The notes: generated from the letters alone by a model not told the origin. A stretch of 64,000 nt of DNA from Longimicrobiales bacterium (GCA_965197725.1 CBDANQ010000052.1:1-64000); one strand, 5' to 3'. Counted from the stretch's first letter, positions 44,970-56,469 are shown. Translations and numbers: made by a program.

Positions 44970-45131
44970 ATGACCACGACCGTTACGCATTCGCACGTCG
45001 CCCGATTTATGGGCCTCTCCACTTCGCCGGAGAGGTGTGTGCGCACGTGTAGACCGTGACGTAGCCACCGCGCATCCGAGGCTTCGGCCCGGGGCCCTCT
45101 CCCACTCGTGGGAGCGGGCCCTTTCTTTTTC
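44970..45131 (+). promoter_or_regulatory. Attenuator-like leader of the chorismate mutase/prephenate dehydratase operon
   Basis: Short ORF from ATG 44970. GGAGAGG (45029-45035) can pair with either CCTCTCC (45014-45020 or 45096-45102). Terminator hairpin with T-tract at 45092-45131. Confidence 0.7.
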
Positions 45132-45174
45132 CCCATTCGTTTTTTCGACATTTTTCACCAAATGGAGCAGTGAA

Positions 45175-45549
45175 ATGGACACCAAGAGCATGGAGCGATC
45201 CGGGCTCATTGTGCAGGCCGGTCCCGAACCGCTGATGTCCCTACGCAAGCAGATCGATCGAGTCGACAACTACCTCGTCACAGCGTTGGCCGCTCGACTT
45301 CGTCTCGCGGAGGACGTAGGCACACTCAAGAGGAACACGGGCATGCTGCCGCTCGACCCGAGGCGCGAGGCTGAAGTGGTGCGAAAGGCATGCGACGTCG
45401 CACGCGCCGAGGGAATTCCCGAGGAGGGGGTACGCCGGATCTTCTGGGGCGTCATCGATTATTGCCGGGAAGGCGTTATCAGGCGTCGTGCGTCCACCGA
45501 TGACCGAACCGACGCACGTCCCGAGCCGGCTGGCCCTCCCGTTGCTTAG
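45175..45549 (+). CDS. Chorismate mutase (AroQ type)
   Basis: LRKQIDRVD...R...VGTLK...DPRREAEV. Confidence 0.9.
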   Translation: MDTKSMERSGLIVQAGPEPLMSLRKQIDRVDNYLVTALAARLRLAEDVGTLKRNTGMLPLDPRREAEVVRKACDVARAEGIPEEGVRRIFWGVIDYCREGVIRRRASTDDRTDARPEPAGPPVA

Positions 45550-46423
45550 CTCCAAGCGAGTGGGCTTCCAGGGTGAGCTCGGCGCCTTCAGTGAGGAGGC
45601 CGTTGACAAACTGGTGGCCGGGGCCGATCCGGTTCCGTGTCAGAGTTTCGACGCCGTCGTGCGCTCGCTCGAGCAGGGCACGGTCGAGGCCGGTGTGTTG
45701 CCCGTAGAGAACACCCTGGCAGGCACGGTGGCAGCCGCATACGACGCCTTGGCGGGTGGGGCTACCCGCGTGGTTTCCGAAGTCGCGATACCGATTCGGC
45801 ACTGCCTGCTCGGTGTTCCGGGCGCTTCGCTCCAGTCCGTGAAGGAAGTGCGCTCCCACCCCGTAGCGCTCTCCCAGTGTCGAGGCTTCTTCGCCTCACA
45901 CCCGGACATCCTGGAGCAGGCCGTGTACGACACGGCGGGCGCGGCCAAGGCGGTCGCCAGCGAAGGGGTGCCGACCGTGGCGGCGATCGCCTCGCGCGGT
46001 GCGGGCGTACGCTACGGCCTCGACATCCTACGGGCGGAGCTTCAGGACCGCGACGACAACCAGACGCGCTTCTTTCTCCTGATCTCCGAAGGCGCGGGGA
46101 ACGCCTCGATCGGCGAACGGTCGCTTGTCGACCAGGCCCCTGATCGCGTGCCGCTCAAGACCGCCTGGGTCGCTGAAGTCCCCAACCGCCCCGGTTCTCT
46201 ACACGCGCTCCTGGGTGTCTTCGTGGACCGCGGCCTGGACCTCACACACGTTGCGTCCCGACCCGCAGAGTCGCCCTGGACATATCGTTTCATTCTCGAG
46301 TTCACCCACGCAGATCCTGCGGATGCGGGCCATGCGTCAGAGGACGCGCGGCAGCTTGGGGCAGTGGTCCGCGAGCTCGGTACGTTCCCCGCGTGGCAGC
46401 CGGATGGGGCAATTAGTCCTTGA
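45500..46423 (+). CDS. pheA: Prephenate dehydratase
   Basis: FQGELGAFSE, LPVENT, SHPVALSQC, NQTRF, ACT domain. Confidence 0.93.
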   Translation: MTEPTHVPSRLALPLLSSKRVGFQGELGAFSEEAVDKLVAGADPVPCQSFDAVVRSLEQGTVEAGVLPVENTLAGTVAAAYDALAGGATRVVSEVAIPIRHCLLGVPGASLQSVKEVRSHPVALSQCRGFFASHPDILEQAVYDTAGAAKAVASEGVPTVAAIASRGAGVRYGLDILRAELQDRDDNQTRFFLLISEGAGNASIGERSLVDQAPDRVPLKTAWVAEVPNRPGSLHALLGVFVDRGLDLTHVASRPAESPWTYRFILEFTHADPADAGHASEDARQLGAVVRELGTFPAWQPDGAISP

Positions 46424-46516
46424 CTACCGTCAGCGATGTCGGTAACAATGCCGAGACTGGGTTCAGTCGACCGGTGGCCTGCAAACAGGAGTGCCGGACT
46501 ACTTTTCGGTGATCAG

Positions 46517-46621
46517 ATGATCGACATTCTGGTGTTCAGCCTCCTTTTACTCGGCTCGCTCCGACTTATCGGGCTCTTTGATGAGCTTGCTGAGAGGGCG
46601 CCAGCCGTTCGCACGGGATAG
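46517..46621 (+). CDS. leuL: Leucine-rich leader peptide
   Basis: MIDILVFSLLLLGSLRLIGLFDEL... has 9 Leu in 34 aa including a run of four, directly before the terminator and leuA. Confidence 0.75.
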   Translation: MIDILVFSLLLLGSLRLIGLFDELAERAPAVRTG

Positions 46622-46645
46622 TCAGAACCGAAAACGAACCGAGCG

Positions 46646-46687
46646 GCGGCGGGCCCTCTCCACTCAGGGGAGGGCCCGCCGCTTTTT
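46646..46687 (+). terminator. leu attenuator terminator
   Basis: 13-bp stem GCGGCGGGCCCTC/GAGGGCCCGCCGC plus T5. Antiterminator GAGAGGGC (46592-46599) is complementary to 46653-46660. Confidence 0.85.
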
Positions 46688-46709
46688 CGCACCTCAACGG
46701 AATTGACAG

Positions 46710-48266
46710 ATGGCACGCATCACGGTGTTCGACACGACGCTACGAGACGGGGAGCAGTCACCCGGCTCGACTTTGACCGCTGCGGAAAAGCTGAGGATGG
46801 CCCACGAGATCGCAGACTTGGGTGTGGACGTGATCGAGGCTGGGTTCGCGGCGAGTTCTCCAGAGGACGCCGCATCGATCCGCGCGATCGCCGCAGAGGT
46901 GCCGGGCGTGGTGATAGCCGCGCTCGCGCGCACCACGCGCGGCGACATCGAGGCGGCGGCCGAGGTGCTCGAACGGGCACAGCAGGCGCGCATCCACACC
47001 TTCATCGCGACGTCGGACATCCACCTGGATCGCAAGCTTGGGATCTCGCGCGCAGAGTGCATCGAGCGTGCCGGGGAGGCTGTCACCTACGCCCGAACGT
47101 TCATGGACGACGTGGAGTTCAGCACCGAGGATGCCACACGGACGGACATCGACTTCCTGTGCGAGGTCATCGAGGTGGCCGTGTCGGCGGGCGCTACGAC
47201 CCTCAACATCCCCGACACGGTGGGCTACGCGTTGCCATCGGAGCTGGCGCGCATATTCGGCGCCCTGCTCGAGCGCGTACCCGGGCTCGAGGATCGTGTC
47301 TTGAGTGCGCACTGCCACGACGACCTGGGCCTGGCGGTCGCGAATTCACTCGCGGCAGTCGGCGCCGGAGCCCGCCAGGTGGAGTGCACCGTGAACGGTA
47401 TCGGTGAGCGTGCGGGCAATGCTGCGCTGGAAGAGATCGTGATGGCCCTACGCGTGCGCGCGGATGGGCTCGGTCACGAAACGGCTGTGAAGACGGAGAG
47501 GCTCTACCGAACCAGCCGGCTGCTCGCCTACCTGACCGGCATCGAACCACAACCGAACAAGGCGATCGTGGGTCGCAACGCGTTCGCGCACGAGGCGGGG
47601 ATTCATCAGCATGGCATGCTGAACGATCCCAGGACGTATGAGATCATGACCCCGGAGCTGGTGGGTGCTCCCGGTACCGAACTCGTGCTCGGAAAACACT
47701 CCGGCCGGCACGGAATCGAAGCGCGCTACGAAGCGCTCGGGTACACCCTCACACGGGAAGACCTGGAACGGGTCACGGAGGACTTGAAGGCGCTGGCGGA
47801 GCGTAAGAAGACCATTCTCGACGAGGATCTGATCTCGGTCCTGCATCACGGCGTGATGGAGGACGTCAAGGAGGCATTCCGGCTCACGTCGCTCGAAGTG
47901 CACTGTGGCGGCGACGTGTCGCGGGCGAGTGTCGTCATCGAAACCGACAACGATGTTCGCTTTGAGTCGAGCGGCTCCGGTGACGGCCCCATCATGGCGG
48001 CATTTGCGGCGATGGAATCGGTGCTCGACTTCCGAGTCGTCCTGGACGATCTGACCGTCCGCTCCACGACACCCGGGCGGGACGCGGTGGGAGAGGTCTC
48101 GATTCATGCGCGGGTCGACGCGCACTCGTTCACCGGGCGCGGTGCCCATACCGACGTTGTGCGCGCGGCTGCCCAGGCATACTTGCACGCTGTCAACAAG
48201 GCAGCTGCCGCGCGCGTTCTGGAGGAAGCGCACCTGGAGAGTACCGCGAACCAATGGGGCGTTTAG
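46710..48266 (+). CDS. leuA: 2-isopropylmalate synthase
   Basis: [38 protein letters not shown], regulatory domain. Confidence 0.97.
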   Translation: MARITVFDTTLRDGEQSPGSTLTAAEKLRMAHEIADLGVDVIEAGFAASSPEDAASIRAIAAEVPGVVIAALARTTRGDIEAAAEVLERAQQARIHTFIATSDIHLDRKLGISRAECIERAGEAVTYARTFMDDVEFSTEDATRTDIDFLCEVIEVAVSAGATTLNIPDTVGYALPSELARIFGALLERVPGLEDRVLSAHCHDDLGLAVANSLAAVGAGARQVECTVNGIGERAGNAALEEIVMALRVRADGLGHETAVKTERLYRTSRLLAYLTGIEPQPNKAIVGRNAFAHEAGIHQHGMLNDPRTYEIMTPELVGAPGTELVLGKHSGRHGIEARYEALGYTLTREDLERVTEDLKALAERKKTILDEDLISVLHHGVMEDVKEAFRLTSLEVHCGGDVSRASVVIETDNDVRFESSGSGDGPIMAAFAAMESVLDFRVVLDDLTVRSTTPGRDAVGEVSIHARVDAHSFTGRGAHTDVVRAAAQAYLHAVNKAAAARVLEEAHLESTANQWGV

Positions 48267-48297
48267 TGGACTGCCGTAGCTCGCTTGCGGTCCGATA

Positions 48298-49413
48298 GTG
48301 GCGCACGTCGACGTAGTTGCGCTGCCAGGCGACGGTATCGGACCGGAGGTCACGGAAGCCGTCATGCGGGTGCTGGCGAGCGTCGCCTCCGCGTACGGCC
48401 ATGAGCTCACCGTGCGGCCCCACGATGTTGGCTGGGCGGCGTACGAGCGGCACGGGACGCCGCTACCGGATGATACGCTTCGGGCGTGCGTGCGGGGGCC
48501 CGCGGTTTTCCTCGGCGCAGTCGGCGATCCCCAGGCTGATGGACTGCCGCCCGAGAAGCGGCCGGAGGCAGCGCTGCTTCGCTTGCGCCGCGAGCTCGGC
48601 TGCTTCGCGAACCTGAGACCTGCCAAGATCGATGAGCCACTGGTCGAGATGTCGGCGCTCAGGCCGGAGGTCGCGACGGGCACGGACCTGGTGATCCTGC
48701 GCGAGCTCACGGGGGGCATCTACTACGGCACGCCTCGAGGTGCCGAGGCCGGTTCCGATAGGACCGTGAACACGATGGTGTACACGGAGCTCGAAGTCGA
48801 GAGGATCGCACGAATCGCGTTCGAGACGGCGCGACGCCGGCGGGGTCGACTCACTTCGATCGACAAAGCCAACGTGCTCGAGGTGTCCCAGTTGTGGCGT
48901 GCCGTGGTCGAACGGGTCGCGAGTGACTATCCCGACGTTGCCCTCGACCACATGTTCGTTGATCGGGCGGCGATGGAGCTGGTCACCGCACCCACACAAT
49001 TCGACGTGGTGCTCACCAGCAACCTCTTCGGCGACATCCTGAGCGACGAAGCCGCGGCGGTGTGCGGCTCACTCGGGTTGCTCGCGTCCGCGAGCGTGGG
49101 TGGAGAGGTAGGGCTGTACGAGCCAGTTCACGGCTCGGCTCCCGACATCGCTGGTCAGGGCAGCGCCAATCCGATCGGTGGCATCCGCTCCGCTGCGCTG
49201 ATGCTCTCCCACGCGTTCGATCTTCAGGACGAGGCCGCGGCTCTGGAGGATGCGGTGACGATCGTGCTGGCTGGAGGCCTCAGAACACGCGACCTCGTCG
49301 CCGCCGAGGGCGACAGTGTGGCGACGACCCTCGACTTCGCCGATGCCGTCGCCGAGGTCGTTGCGGGTCGCGGGGCATGGGTCGGCGCCGGGGATGCGGA
49401 GGGCACGTCATGA
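48298..49413 (+). CDS. leuB: 3-isopropylmalate dehydrogenase
   Basis: [41 protein letters not shown]. Confidence 0.97.
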   Translation: MAHVDVVALPGDGIGPEVTEAVMRVLASVASAYGHELTVRPHDVGWAAYERHGTPLPDDTLRACVRGPAVFLGAVGDPQADGLPPEKRPEAALLRLRRELGCFANLRPAKIDEPLVEMSALRPEVATGTDLVILRELTGGIYYGTPRGAEAGSDRTVNTMVYTELEVERIARIAFETARRRRGRLTSIDKANVLEVSQLWRAVVERVASDYPDVALDHMFVDRAAMELVTAPTQFDVVLTSNLFGDILSDEAAAVCGSLGLLASASVGGEVGLYEPVHGSAPDIAGQGSANPIGGIRSAALMLSHAFDLQDEAAALEDAVTIVLAGGLRTRDLVAAEGDSVATTLDFADAVAEVVAGRGAWVGAGDAEGTS

Positions 49414-50837
49414 GGAACGCTGGGACTGAAAGGTTCCCTCGCACGCTGCTCGACAAGGTCTGGGCGGGCAACCTGGTGCACACCGGTGAGGGAGAGCCGG
49501 ATCTCCTGTACGTGCACTTGCACCTCGTTCACGAGGTCACTTCGCCCCAGGCCTTCGAGGGCCTCGCCGCGGCGGGACGCTCGGTGCGTCGGCCCGATCT
49601 GACGATCGCGACCGTCGATCACAACGTACCCACGACGGACCGCGCTCTTCCGGTGCTCGATCTCGTCGCCAGCCGGCAGATGGACACGCTGCGTCAAAAC
49701 GCCGACCGCTTCGCAATACGGCTGCTGGACATGGACGATCCCCGGCAGGGCATCGTGCACGTCATCGGGCCGGAGCTCGGACTCACCCGACCGGGCATGG
49801 TCATCGTCTGTGGCGACAGTCATACCTCGACTCATGGCGCGTTCGGGGCGCTGTCGTTCGGCATCGGAACGTCGGAGGTGGAGCACGTGCTCGCTACGCA
49901 GTGCATTCCGCAGCGTCGGCCCCGCTCCATGGAGGTTCGACTGGAGGGGGTGCGCCCAGACGGCGTGACCGCCAAAGACCTCATCCTCGCCATCATCGGG
50001 CGGGTTGGCGTGTCCGGCGCGGCGGGCCACGTGATCGAGTACACCGGTCCGGTCATTGCCGCGCTCTCGATGGAGGAGCGTATGACCGTCTGCAACATGT
50101 CGATCGAGGCGGGCGCGCGTGCCGGTCTGATCGCCCCGGACGACACGACGTGGCAGTACCTGAGAGGCCGCGAAATGGGCCCGCGCGACGACGAGCTCGA
50201 GGCGCTCATCCCCGAGTGGTGCGCGCTCGCTACCGATGAGGGAGCTACATTCGATCGCTCCGTGGTGCTCGACGTGAGCGGTTTCGAGCCGCAGGTAACG
50301 TGGGGCACGAATCCTGGCATGGTTGTGCCGATCTCCGGATCGGTCCCGGACCCCGAGCTGATCGAAGATGCGGACGCGCGGGAAGGGGCGTGCCGAGCGC
50401 TTGCCTACATGGACCTCGAGGCCGGAACGCCGATGGAAGCGATCAGCATCGACCGGGTCTTCATCGGATCTTGCACGAACGGCCGCGTCGAGGATCTGCG
50501 AGAGGCCGCTGCGATTCTTTCGGGGCGCCGCGTGCATGAGAGCGTGCACGCGATGGTCGTCCCCGGATCTGGCGCGGTGAAGCGACAGGCCGAGGCGGAG
50601 GGACTCGACCAGGTCTTCAGAGAGGCGGGGTTCGAGTGGCGTGAGGCCGGCTGCTCGATGTGCTTGGGCATGAATCCGGATACGCTGGATCCAGGGCAGC
50701 GCTGCGCCTCGACATCGAACCGCAACTTCGAGGGCCGTCAGGGCAGGGGCGGTCGCACGCACCTCGTCGGCCCAGCGATGGCGGCGGCCGCCGCCATCGC
50801 TGGCCACCTCACCGACCCCCGGAACTGGATCGCTTGA
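49410..50837 (+). CDS. leuC: 3-isopropylmalate dehydratase large subunit
   Basis: [48 protein letters not shown]. Confidence 0.97.
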   Translation: MRNAGTERFPRTLLDKVWAGNLVHTGEGEPDLLYVHLHLVHEVTSPQAFEGLAAAGRSVRRPDLTIATVDHNVPTTDRALPVLDLVASRQMDTLRQNADRFAIRLLDMDDPRQGIVHVIGPELGLTRPGMVIVCGDSHTSTHGAFGALSFGIGTSEVEHVLATQCIPQRRPRSMEVRLEGVRPDGVTAKDLILAIIGRVGVSGAAGHVIEYTGPVIAALSMEERMTVCNMSIEAGARAGLIAPDDTTWQYLRGREMGPRDDELEALIPEWCALATDEGATFDRSVVLDVSGFEPQVTWGTNPGMVVPISGSVPDPELIEDADAREGACRALAYMDLEAGTPMEAISIDRVFIGSCTNGRVEDLREAAAILSGRRVHESVHAMVVPGSGAVKRQAEAEGLDQVFREAGFEWREAGCSMCLGMNPDTLDPGQRCASTSNRNFEGRQGRGGRTHLVGPAMAAAAAIAGHLTDPRNWIA

Positions 50838-51478
50838 TGGAGCCATTCCGCACCCATACCGGAATCGTCGCACCGCTCGACCGCGCCGACATCGATACCG
50901 ACCAGATCATTCCGAAACAATTCCTGAAACGGATCGAAAGGGACGGGTACGGCCAGTTCCTCTTCAACGACTGGCGTTATTCCGAAAATGGGTCACCCCG
51001 TCCCGAGTTCGCCCTGAATCGTCCAGAGTACGCGGGGGCGTCGATTCTCGTAACGCGCCCAAACTTCGGGTGTGGATCCTCGCGCGAGCATGCCGCTTGG
51101 GCGCTGCGGGACTACGGCTTCCGGGCGGTACTCGCGCCGAGTTTTGCCGACATCTTCCGCGAGAATGCGGACCAAAACGGCATCGCCGCGATCACGCTCG
51201 GCGCTGACGCAATCGACGTGATCCTGGCGAGAGCAGCGGAGCACGCACCGTACGAGCTCACCGTGAATCTGGAGGCTCGTTCGGTGGCCGACGGAAACGA
51301 CCTGACCGCCGCGTTCGAGATCGACGACTTCCGGCGCATGTGCCTCATGGAAGGACTGGACCGAATCGGCCTTACGCTTCGATACGAGGACGACATCAGC
51401 GCATACGAGAGCGCGATGGTGAGAGCCTTGCCGCCGAACAGCCGTAAAAGCGATCGTACGGCTCCGAATCAACCATGA
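50837..51478 (+). CDS. leuD: 3-isopropylmalate dehydratase small subunit
   Basis: IDTDQIIPKQFLK, NFGCGSSREHA. Confidence 0.97.
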   Translation: MEPFRTHTGIVAPLDRADIDTDQIIPKQFLKRIERDGYGQFLFNDWRYSENGSPRPEFALNRPEYAGASILVTRPNFGCGSSREHAAWALRDYGFRAVLAPSFADIFRENADQNGIAAITLGADAIDVILARAAEHAPYELTVNLEARSVADGNDLTAAFEIDDFRRMCLMEGLDRIGLTLRYEDDISAYESAMVRALPPNSRKSDRTAPNQP

Positions 51479-52680
51479 ACCGCGTTCCAAGACTGACCAT
51501 GAGACGTTCCTTCGTACTTCTGCTTGCGGCACTGGCGCTGACCGCGGGATCCCTCCTCGCGCAGCGAGATTCCCACATGGCGAAGGCGCTGCGGGTGCTC
51601 TCTTCAACGCCTCTCATCGACGGCCACAACGACTTGCCCTGGGCGATCCGGGGGAGCGCAGTCGCCCCGCACGATGTCGAGGCCGACGCACACGACCTGC
51701 GCGCGCGCACGCCCTTCCACACGGACATCGAGCGGTTGTGGGCGGGTAGGGTCGGCGGGCAGTTCTGGTCGGTCTACATTCCCTTCGCCTCCACCGAGGA
51801 AGGCGCCGCGAAGGTACAGCTCGAGCAGATCGACATCGCGCTCCAGGTCATCGACAAGTACCCCGACGTGTTCGAGCTCGCTCTGGACGCGTCCGACGTA
51901 CAGCGCATCTTCGCGTCGGGCAAGATCGCCTCGATGCTGGGCATGGAAGGCGGCCACGCGATCGAGAATTCACTCGGCGCGCTCCGGGCGTTCTACACGC
52001 TGGGGGTGCGCTACATGACGCTCACCCACAATGGCACGCTGGATTGGGCCGACGCCGCCAACGGCGAGCAGATGCACGGTGGACTCACCGACTTTGGTCG
52101 GGAAGTCGTGCGCGAGATGAACCGCATGGGCATGCTCGTCGATCTCTCCCATACGGCGCCGACTACGATGAACGACGCGCTCGATGTGGCGAGGGCCCCT
52201 GTCATCTGGTCGCACGCGTCGGCCCGCGGTGTTTGGGACCACCCGCGCAACGTGCCTGATCAAGTTCTGCGCCGGCTGCCCGACAACGGGGGAGCCGTGA
52301 TGGTGACCTTCGTGCCGTCGTTCGTGTCCGAGGGCGATGAGGCGACGATCGCCGAAGTGGCGGACCACATCGACCACATCGCCAACCTTGCGGGCGTGGA
52401 CCACGTGGGCATCGGATCCGACTTCGATGGGATCAGCTTCACACCGGTTGGGCTCGAGGACGTCTCCACGTTCCCCGCGCTCTTCGCCGAGCTGTCGCGT
52501 CGCGGCTGGAGCGAAGAAGACCTCGCCAAACTGGCTGGTGACAACCTGCTTCGTGTGATGAACGAGGCCGAGACGGTTGCGCGGCTTATGCAACGGGAGC
52601 GCGCGCCGTCGATGGCGACGATCGAGCAGTTGGACGGGGGCGTGAATGAGGACGGGGCTTCCGGTGGCCGCGGTGAGTAG
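51475..52680 (+). CDS. Exported membrane dipeptidase (peptidase M19)
   Basis: Signal peptide, IDGHNDLP, QFWSVY, GMEGGH, VDLSH, GIGSDFDG. Confidence 0.93.
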   Translation: MNRVPRLTMRRSFVLLLAALALTAGSLLAQRDSHMAKALRVLSSTPLIDGHNDLPWAIRGSAVAPHDVEADAHDLRARTPFHTDIERLWAGRVGGQFWSVYIPFASTEEGAAKVQLEQIDIALQVIDKYPDVFELALDASDVQRIFASGKIASMLGMEGGHAIENSLGALRAFYTLGVRYMTLTHNGTLDWADAANGEQMHGGLTDFGREVVREMNRMGMLVDLSHTAPTTMNDALDVARAPVIWSHASARGVWDHPRNVPDQVLRRLPDNGGAVMVTFVPSFVSEGDEATIAEVADHIDHIANLAGVDHVGIGSDFDGISFTPVGLEDVSTFPALFAELSRRGWSEEDLAKLAGDNLLRVMNEAETVARLMQRERAPSMATIEQLDGGVNEDGASGGRGE

Positions 52681-52723
52681 CCTTCCGCGCCCCGAGGTCG
52701 CGCACCGCCGAGAAAAGCGGCGC

Positions 52724-54283
52724 ATGAATGCGAGCGATCACGTTCAGTTGATGGACACTACGCTGCGGGACGGCGAACAGACCCGCGACGTCTCGTTCTC
52801 CACCTCGGAAAAGGTCAGTATCGCCAGGGCTTTGCTCCGCTCCCTGCGGGTCGATCGGATCGAGGTTGCCTCGGCCGCCGTCTCCGCGGGTGAAAAAGAA
52901 GCTGTCACCCGGATCGCAGAGTGGGCGGCTTCCGAGGGCTGCCTGGGGCGGGTCGAGATCCTTGGGTTCGTAGACGAACGTCGCAGTGCGGACTGGATCG
53001 TATCCGCCGGCGGGCGTGTGATGAACCTGCTCACCAAGGGCAGCGATCGTCACTGCCGTATGCAGTTGCGGCGAACCCTCGAACAGCATCTAGAAGACAT
53101 TCGTCACACCGTAGAGTACGCGTGCGAGCGGGGGCTCAAAGTCAACGTGTACCTGGAGGACTGGTCGAACGGGTACCGGGACAGTCGCGACTACGTGTAC
53201 AGACTCGTGGAGGGACTGCAGGGAATGGGAGTCGCGCATCTCATGCTGCCCGACACGCTGGGCGTGATGACTCCGCATGAAGTCCAGGCGAGCTGTTCGG
53301 ACATGATCGCGAGGTTTCCCGAACAGACGTTCGACTTTCATCCGCACGACGACTACGGGCTGGCCACCGCCAACGCCATGAGGGCGGTCGAGGCCGGCAT
53401 ACGCACCGTTCACTGCACGGTCAACTGCCTTGGGGAGCGGGCGGGGAACGTGTCTCTGGCCGAAGTGGCGGTGACGCTGCGCGACAAGATGGGAATGACC
53501 CTGTCGATCGACGAGACCAAAATTCTCGCGCTGAGCCGGATGGTAGAGAACTTCTCGGGCAAGCGGGTGGCCGACAACGCGCCCGTCATCGGCGCCGACG
53601 TGTTCACCCAGACCAGCGGCATCCACGCCGACGGCGATCACAAGGGCGATCTGTATTACACGCCCTTGAGCCCGGAGCGTTTCGACCGCAAGCGCAGCTA
53701 CGCACTCGGCAAGATGAGCGGCAAGGCGTCCCTGAAGAAGAACCTGGAGGCGCTGGGCCTCAGCCTCTCGCCCAACGACCAGGCGGAAGTGCTGAAACGG
53801 ATCGTGAGCCTCGGGGACTCCAAACGCACCATCACCGTGGAGGACCTGCCGTTCATCATCGCCGACGTGTTGGAGCGCAAGGACTTCCGCCACATCGAGC
53901 TGCTGAGGTGCTCCATCACCAGTGAGCTGGACCACGCGTCGACAGTGGAAATTCGGGTCAATGTGAACGGTGAGGTCCACGAAGCGATTGGGTCGGGAAA
54001 CGGCGGATTCGACGCCTTCGTCGACGCGATCCGCAAAGTGTTGCCCACCGGATTCGAGTTCCCGGACCTGGTGGACTACGAGCTGCGCATCCCCAAGGGA
54101 GGCAGCACCAGCGCGCTGACCGAGGTGTTCATCACCTGGCGGGACGGCCCGCGCACGGTGAGAACGCGCGGCATCAGCGCCGATCAGGTGCTAGCCGGTG
54201 TCGGTGCGACCCTGCGCATGCTGAACATGAAGCTGCACCAGGCGGCGGAGCCGTCCGAGCTAAACGCTCACCGGCCTACCTAG
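52724..54283 (+). CDS. cimA: Citramalate synthase-like LeuA paralogue
   Basis: [40 protein letters not shown]; resembles Leptospira/Bacteroidota-type CimA. Confidence 0.8.
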   Translation: MNASDHVQLMDTTLRDGEQTRDVSFSTSEKVSIARALLRSLRVDRIEVASAAVSAGEKEAVTRIAEWAASEGCLGRVEILGFVDERRSADWIVSAGGRVMNLLTKGSDRHCRMQLRRTLEQHLEDIRHTVEYACERGLKVNVYLEDWSNGYRDSRDYVYRLVEGLQGMGVAHLMLPDTLGVMTPHEVQASCSDMIARFPEQTFDFHPHDDYGLATANAMRAVEAGIRTVHCTVNCLGERAGNVSLAEVAVTLRDKMGMTLSIDETKILALSRMVENFSGKRVADNAPVIGADVFTQTSGIHADGDHKGDLYYTPLSPERFDRKRSYALGKMSGKASLKKNLEALGLSLSPNDQAEVLKRIVSLGDSKRTITVEDLPFIIADVLERKDFRHIELLRCSITSELDHASTVEIRVNVNGEVHEAIGSGNGGFDAFVDAIRKVLPTGFEFPDLVDYELRIPKGGSTSALTEVFITWRDGPRTVRTRGISADQVLAGVGATLRMLNMKLHQAAEPSELNAHRPT

Positions 54284-54547
54284 CACATTGAGGAAGCTGC
54301 GAATCTAGGCCGGGTGGGCGGGTCAGGACGGGGCAGTGACCAGATTACGGTCGACGTGCCGAGGCGCTAAAGCAGACGCGGATCGCCGAGCAACTGTCGT
54401 ATTCCGACCACTGATCCCAGTCATTCTCTACGGCTTCGCGTGGGCGTTGCCACCCGTTACGGGATGTACCTCGATCTCCGGTGGCAGACCGACACGGGTT
54501 GGACAACGGAGCAGGTCACCGGTGGGGTGGGAATGGGCGCGGGCGCG

Positions 54548-54919
54548 CTAGGCACCTTCTGTCAGCCATTCGATCGCTTGTGCGCGGTTGCGGAAGGGTC
54601 GACTTGGAATCCCAGTCGAGGTGGCGAAAGCCCCCCCGGTGTCCATGAGACCGTATGCGACGTCGGACGGCGTCAGAACCGCCACGCGGGTCATGATCTC
54701 CTGTCGCTCGCCGAAGAACTCGCCGGTTCGTCTGAGGTCGTCCGGGGACTTCTTTTCGACGCCGGCGGCACCGCTCATGTCTAGCAAGACGGCCACCGGG
54801 CTCGGTACGTCGTCGGAGGCGAGCGCCCGCTCACCGACGCGACTCAATTCGCCGGGGGTGTAGTCGCCGTCGACAGTCACGACGAGCACTCCGGCCCCAA
54901 TACGCGTGAAGACCGGCAT
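54548..54919 (-). CDS. STAS/SpoIIAA-like small protein
   Basis: VLLDMS...RVAVL...AYGL...PFRNRAQAIEWL pattern. Confidence 0.65.
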   Translation of the reverse strand: MPVFTRIGAGVLVVTVDGDYTPGELSRVGERALASDDVPSPVAVLLDMSGAAGVEKKSPDDLRRTGEFFGERQEIMTRVAVLTPSDVAYGLMDTGGAFATSTGIPSRPFRNRAQAIEWLTEGA

Positions 54920-55026
54920 GGTTATCTCGCTCCCGACGATGGTGTGGTCATCTCCCCAGTCGCCCAATTGGCTATAGTCCAGTATCCCTCATCGCCCACC
55001 TGGAACGACTCAAGCCCGAATCCACG

Positions 55027-56469
55027 ATGCTCCTGAAACGCTTCTACGACGACAAGCTCGCGCAGGCGTCCTACATGATCGGTTGTCAGGTGACGGGGGA
55101 AGCTATCGTGATCGATCCCCATCGTGATACCGACATGTACCTGCGAGCCGCGCAAGACGAGGGCCTTGAGATCTCGTATGTCTCCGAGACCCATATCCAT
55201 GCCGACTACCTGTCGGGGTCGCGTCAGCTCGCGAAGCGGACGAGTGCCGAGCTCGTGCTCTCCGGAGACGGTGACGCGACATGGCAGTACGGCTTCGCGG
55301 AGGAAGACGGCGCGCGCGTCGTGCACGATGGTGATCGCATCACGCTCGGCAACGTCACGATCGAGGTCCTGCACACGCCCGGGCACACACCGGAACACAT
55401 CTCGTTCATGGTCACCGACGGTGTTGCGTCGAGCGAGCCGATGGGTCTGCTGACCGGTGACTTCATCTTCGTGGGCGACGTTGGCCGCCCCGATTTGCTC
55501 GAGACAGCCGCGGGTTTTGCCGGCACCACGGAGGCCAGTGCACGCGTGTTGTACGAGTCGTTGCAGCGGTTCAGCGAGCTGCCGGCGTACTTGCAGATCT
55601 TCCCGGGACACGGTGCTGGCTCCGCATGTGGCAAGGCGCTCGGCTCGGTGCCGTCGACCACGCTGGGATACGAGCGACTCGCGAACTGGGCGTTTCAGTG
55701 CGAGACCGAGGACGACCTCGTTGCCGAAGTGCTCCAGGGCCAGCCGGAGCCGCCGGTCTACTTCGCCGAGATGAAGCGCAGGAACCGGGAGGGTCCTGCG
55801 CTGCTCGATGAGCTCCCGGTCCCGCGGCGCATCGCCGCCGACGTGCTCGCGTCTTTGGTCGAGGACGGCGAGGTCGTGCTCGACGTACGCCCTCGGGCCC
55901 ATTTCGCGGCCGGCCACGTTCCCGGCACGATCAATGTGCCGCTCACGGACTCGTTTCCCACCTCATGCGGCTGGCTGCTGCCGTACGACCGACCAATCTA
56001 CTTAGTCGCCGACGGCGAGGAACAGGCTCGTGAGGCTGCGCGCGATCTGGCCTTCATCGGCATCGACGCCTGCGAAGGGTACTTCAACGAAGCTGCCCTG
56101 GTCGGCTGGGGCACCGAGCACGGCGGACTGGAGACGACCGTGGTCATCGACTGGGCGGACGCGGACCAGGCCGTGCTCGAAGAGAATGCGTTCCTGCTGG
56201 ACGTGCGCAACGTCACGGAGTGGAACGATGGGCATGTCCCGTCCGCACACCATCTCCACCTCGGGTATCTGCGTGATCGCAGAGACGAGATCCCCCCTGA
56301 CCGGCCGGTATTGCTCTATTGCAGCACCGGAAACCGATCGGGGATCGCAGCCAGTGTGTTGCAGGCCGAGGGCTTCAAGGACGTGCGAAATATCGACGGC
56401 GGGATGCTCGATCGGATTCGCAGAGGATTGCCCACCGCTCCCTCGCTTTCGAAGCGGGAGATGCCATAG
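55027..56469 (+). CDS. MBL-fold persulfide dioxygenase with tandem rhodanese domains (CstB/Blh-like)
   Basis: ETHIHADY, HTPGHTPEH, GDVGRPDL, PGHGAGSACGK, two rhodanese domains (CSTGNRS). Confidence 0.9.
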   Translation: MLLKRFYDDKLAQASYMIGCQVTGEAIVIDPHRDTDMYLRAAQDEGLEISYVSETHIHADYLSGSRQLAKRTSAELVLSGDGDATWQYGFAEEDGARVVHDGDRITLGNVTIEVLHTPGHTPEHISFMVTDGVASSEPMGLLTGDFIFVGDVGRPDLLETAAGFAGTTEASARVLYESLQRFSELPAYLQIFPGHGAGSACGKALGSVPSTTLGYERLANWAFQCETEDDLVAEVLQGQPEPPVYFAEMKRRNREGPALLDELPVPRRIAADVLASLVEDGEVVLDVRPRAHFAAGHVPGTINVPLTDSFPTSCGWLLPYDRPIYLVADGEEQAREAARDLAFIGIDACEGYFNEAALVGWGTEHGGLETTVVIDWADADQAVLEENAFLLDVRNVTEWNDGHVPSAHHLHLGYLRDRRDEIPPDRPVLLYCSTGNRSGIAASVLQAEGFKDVRNIDGGMLDRIRRGLPTAPSLSKREMP

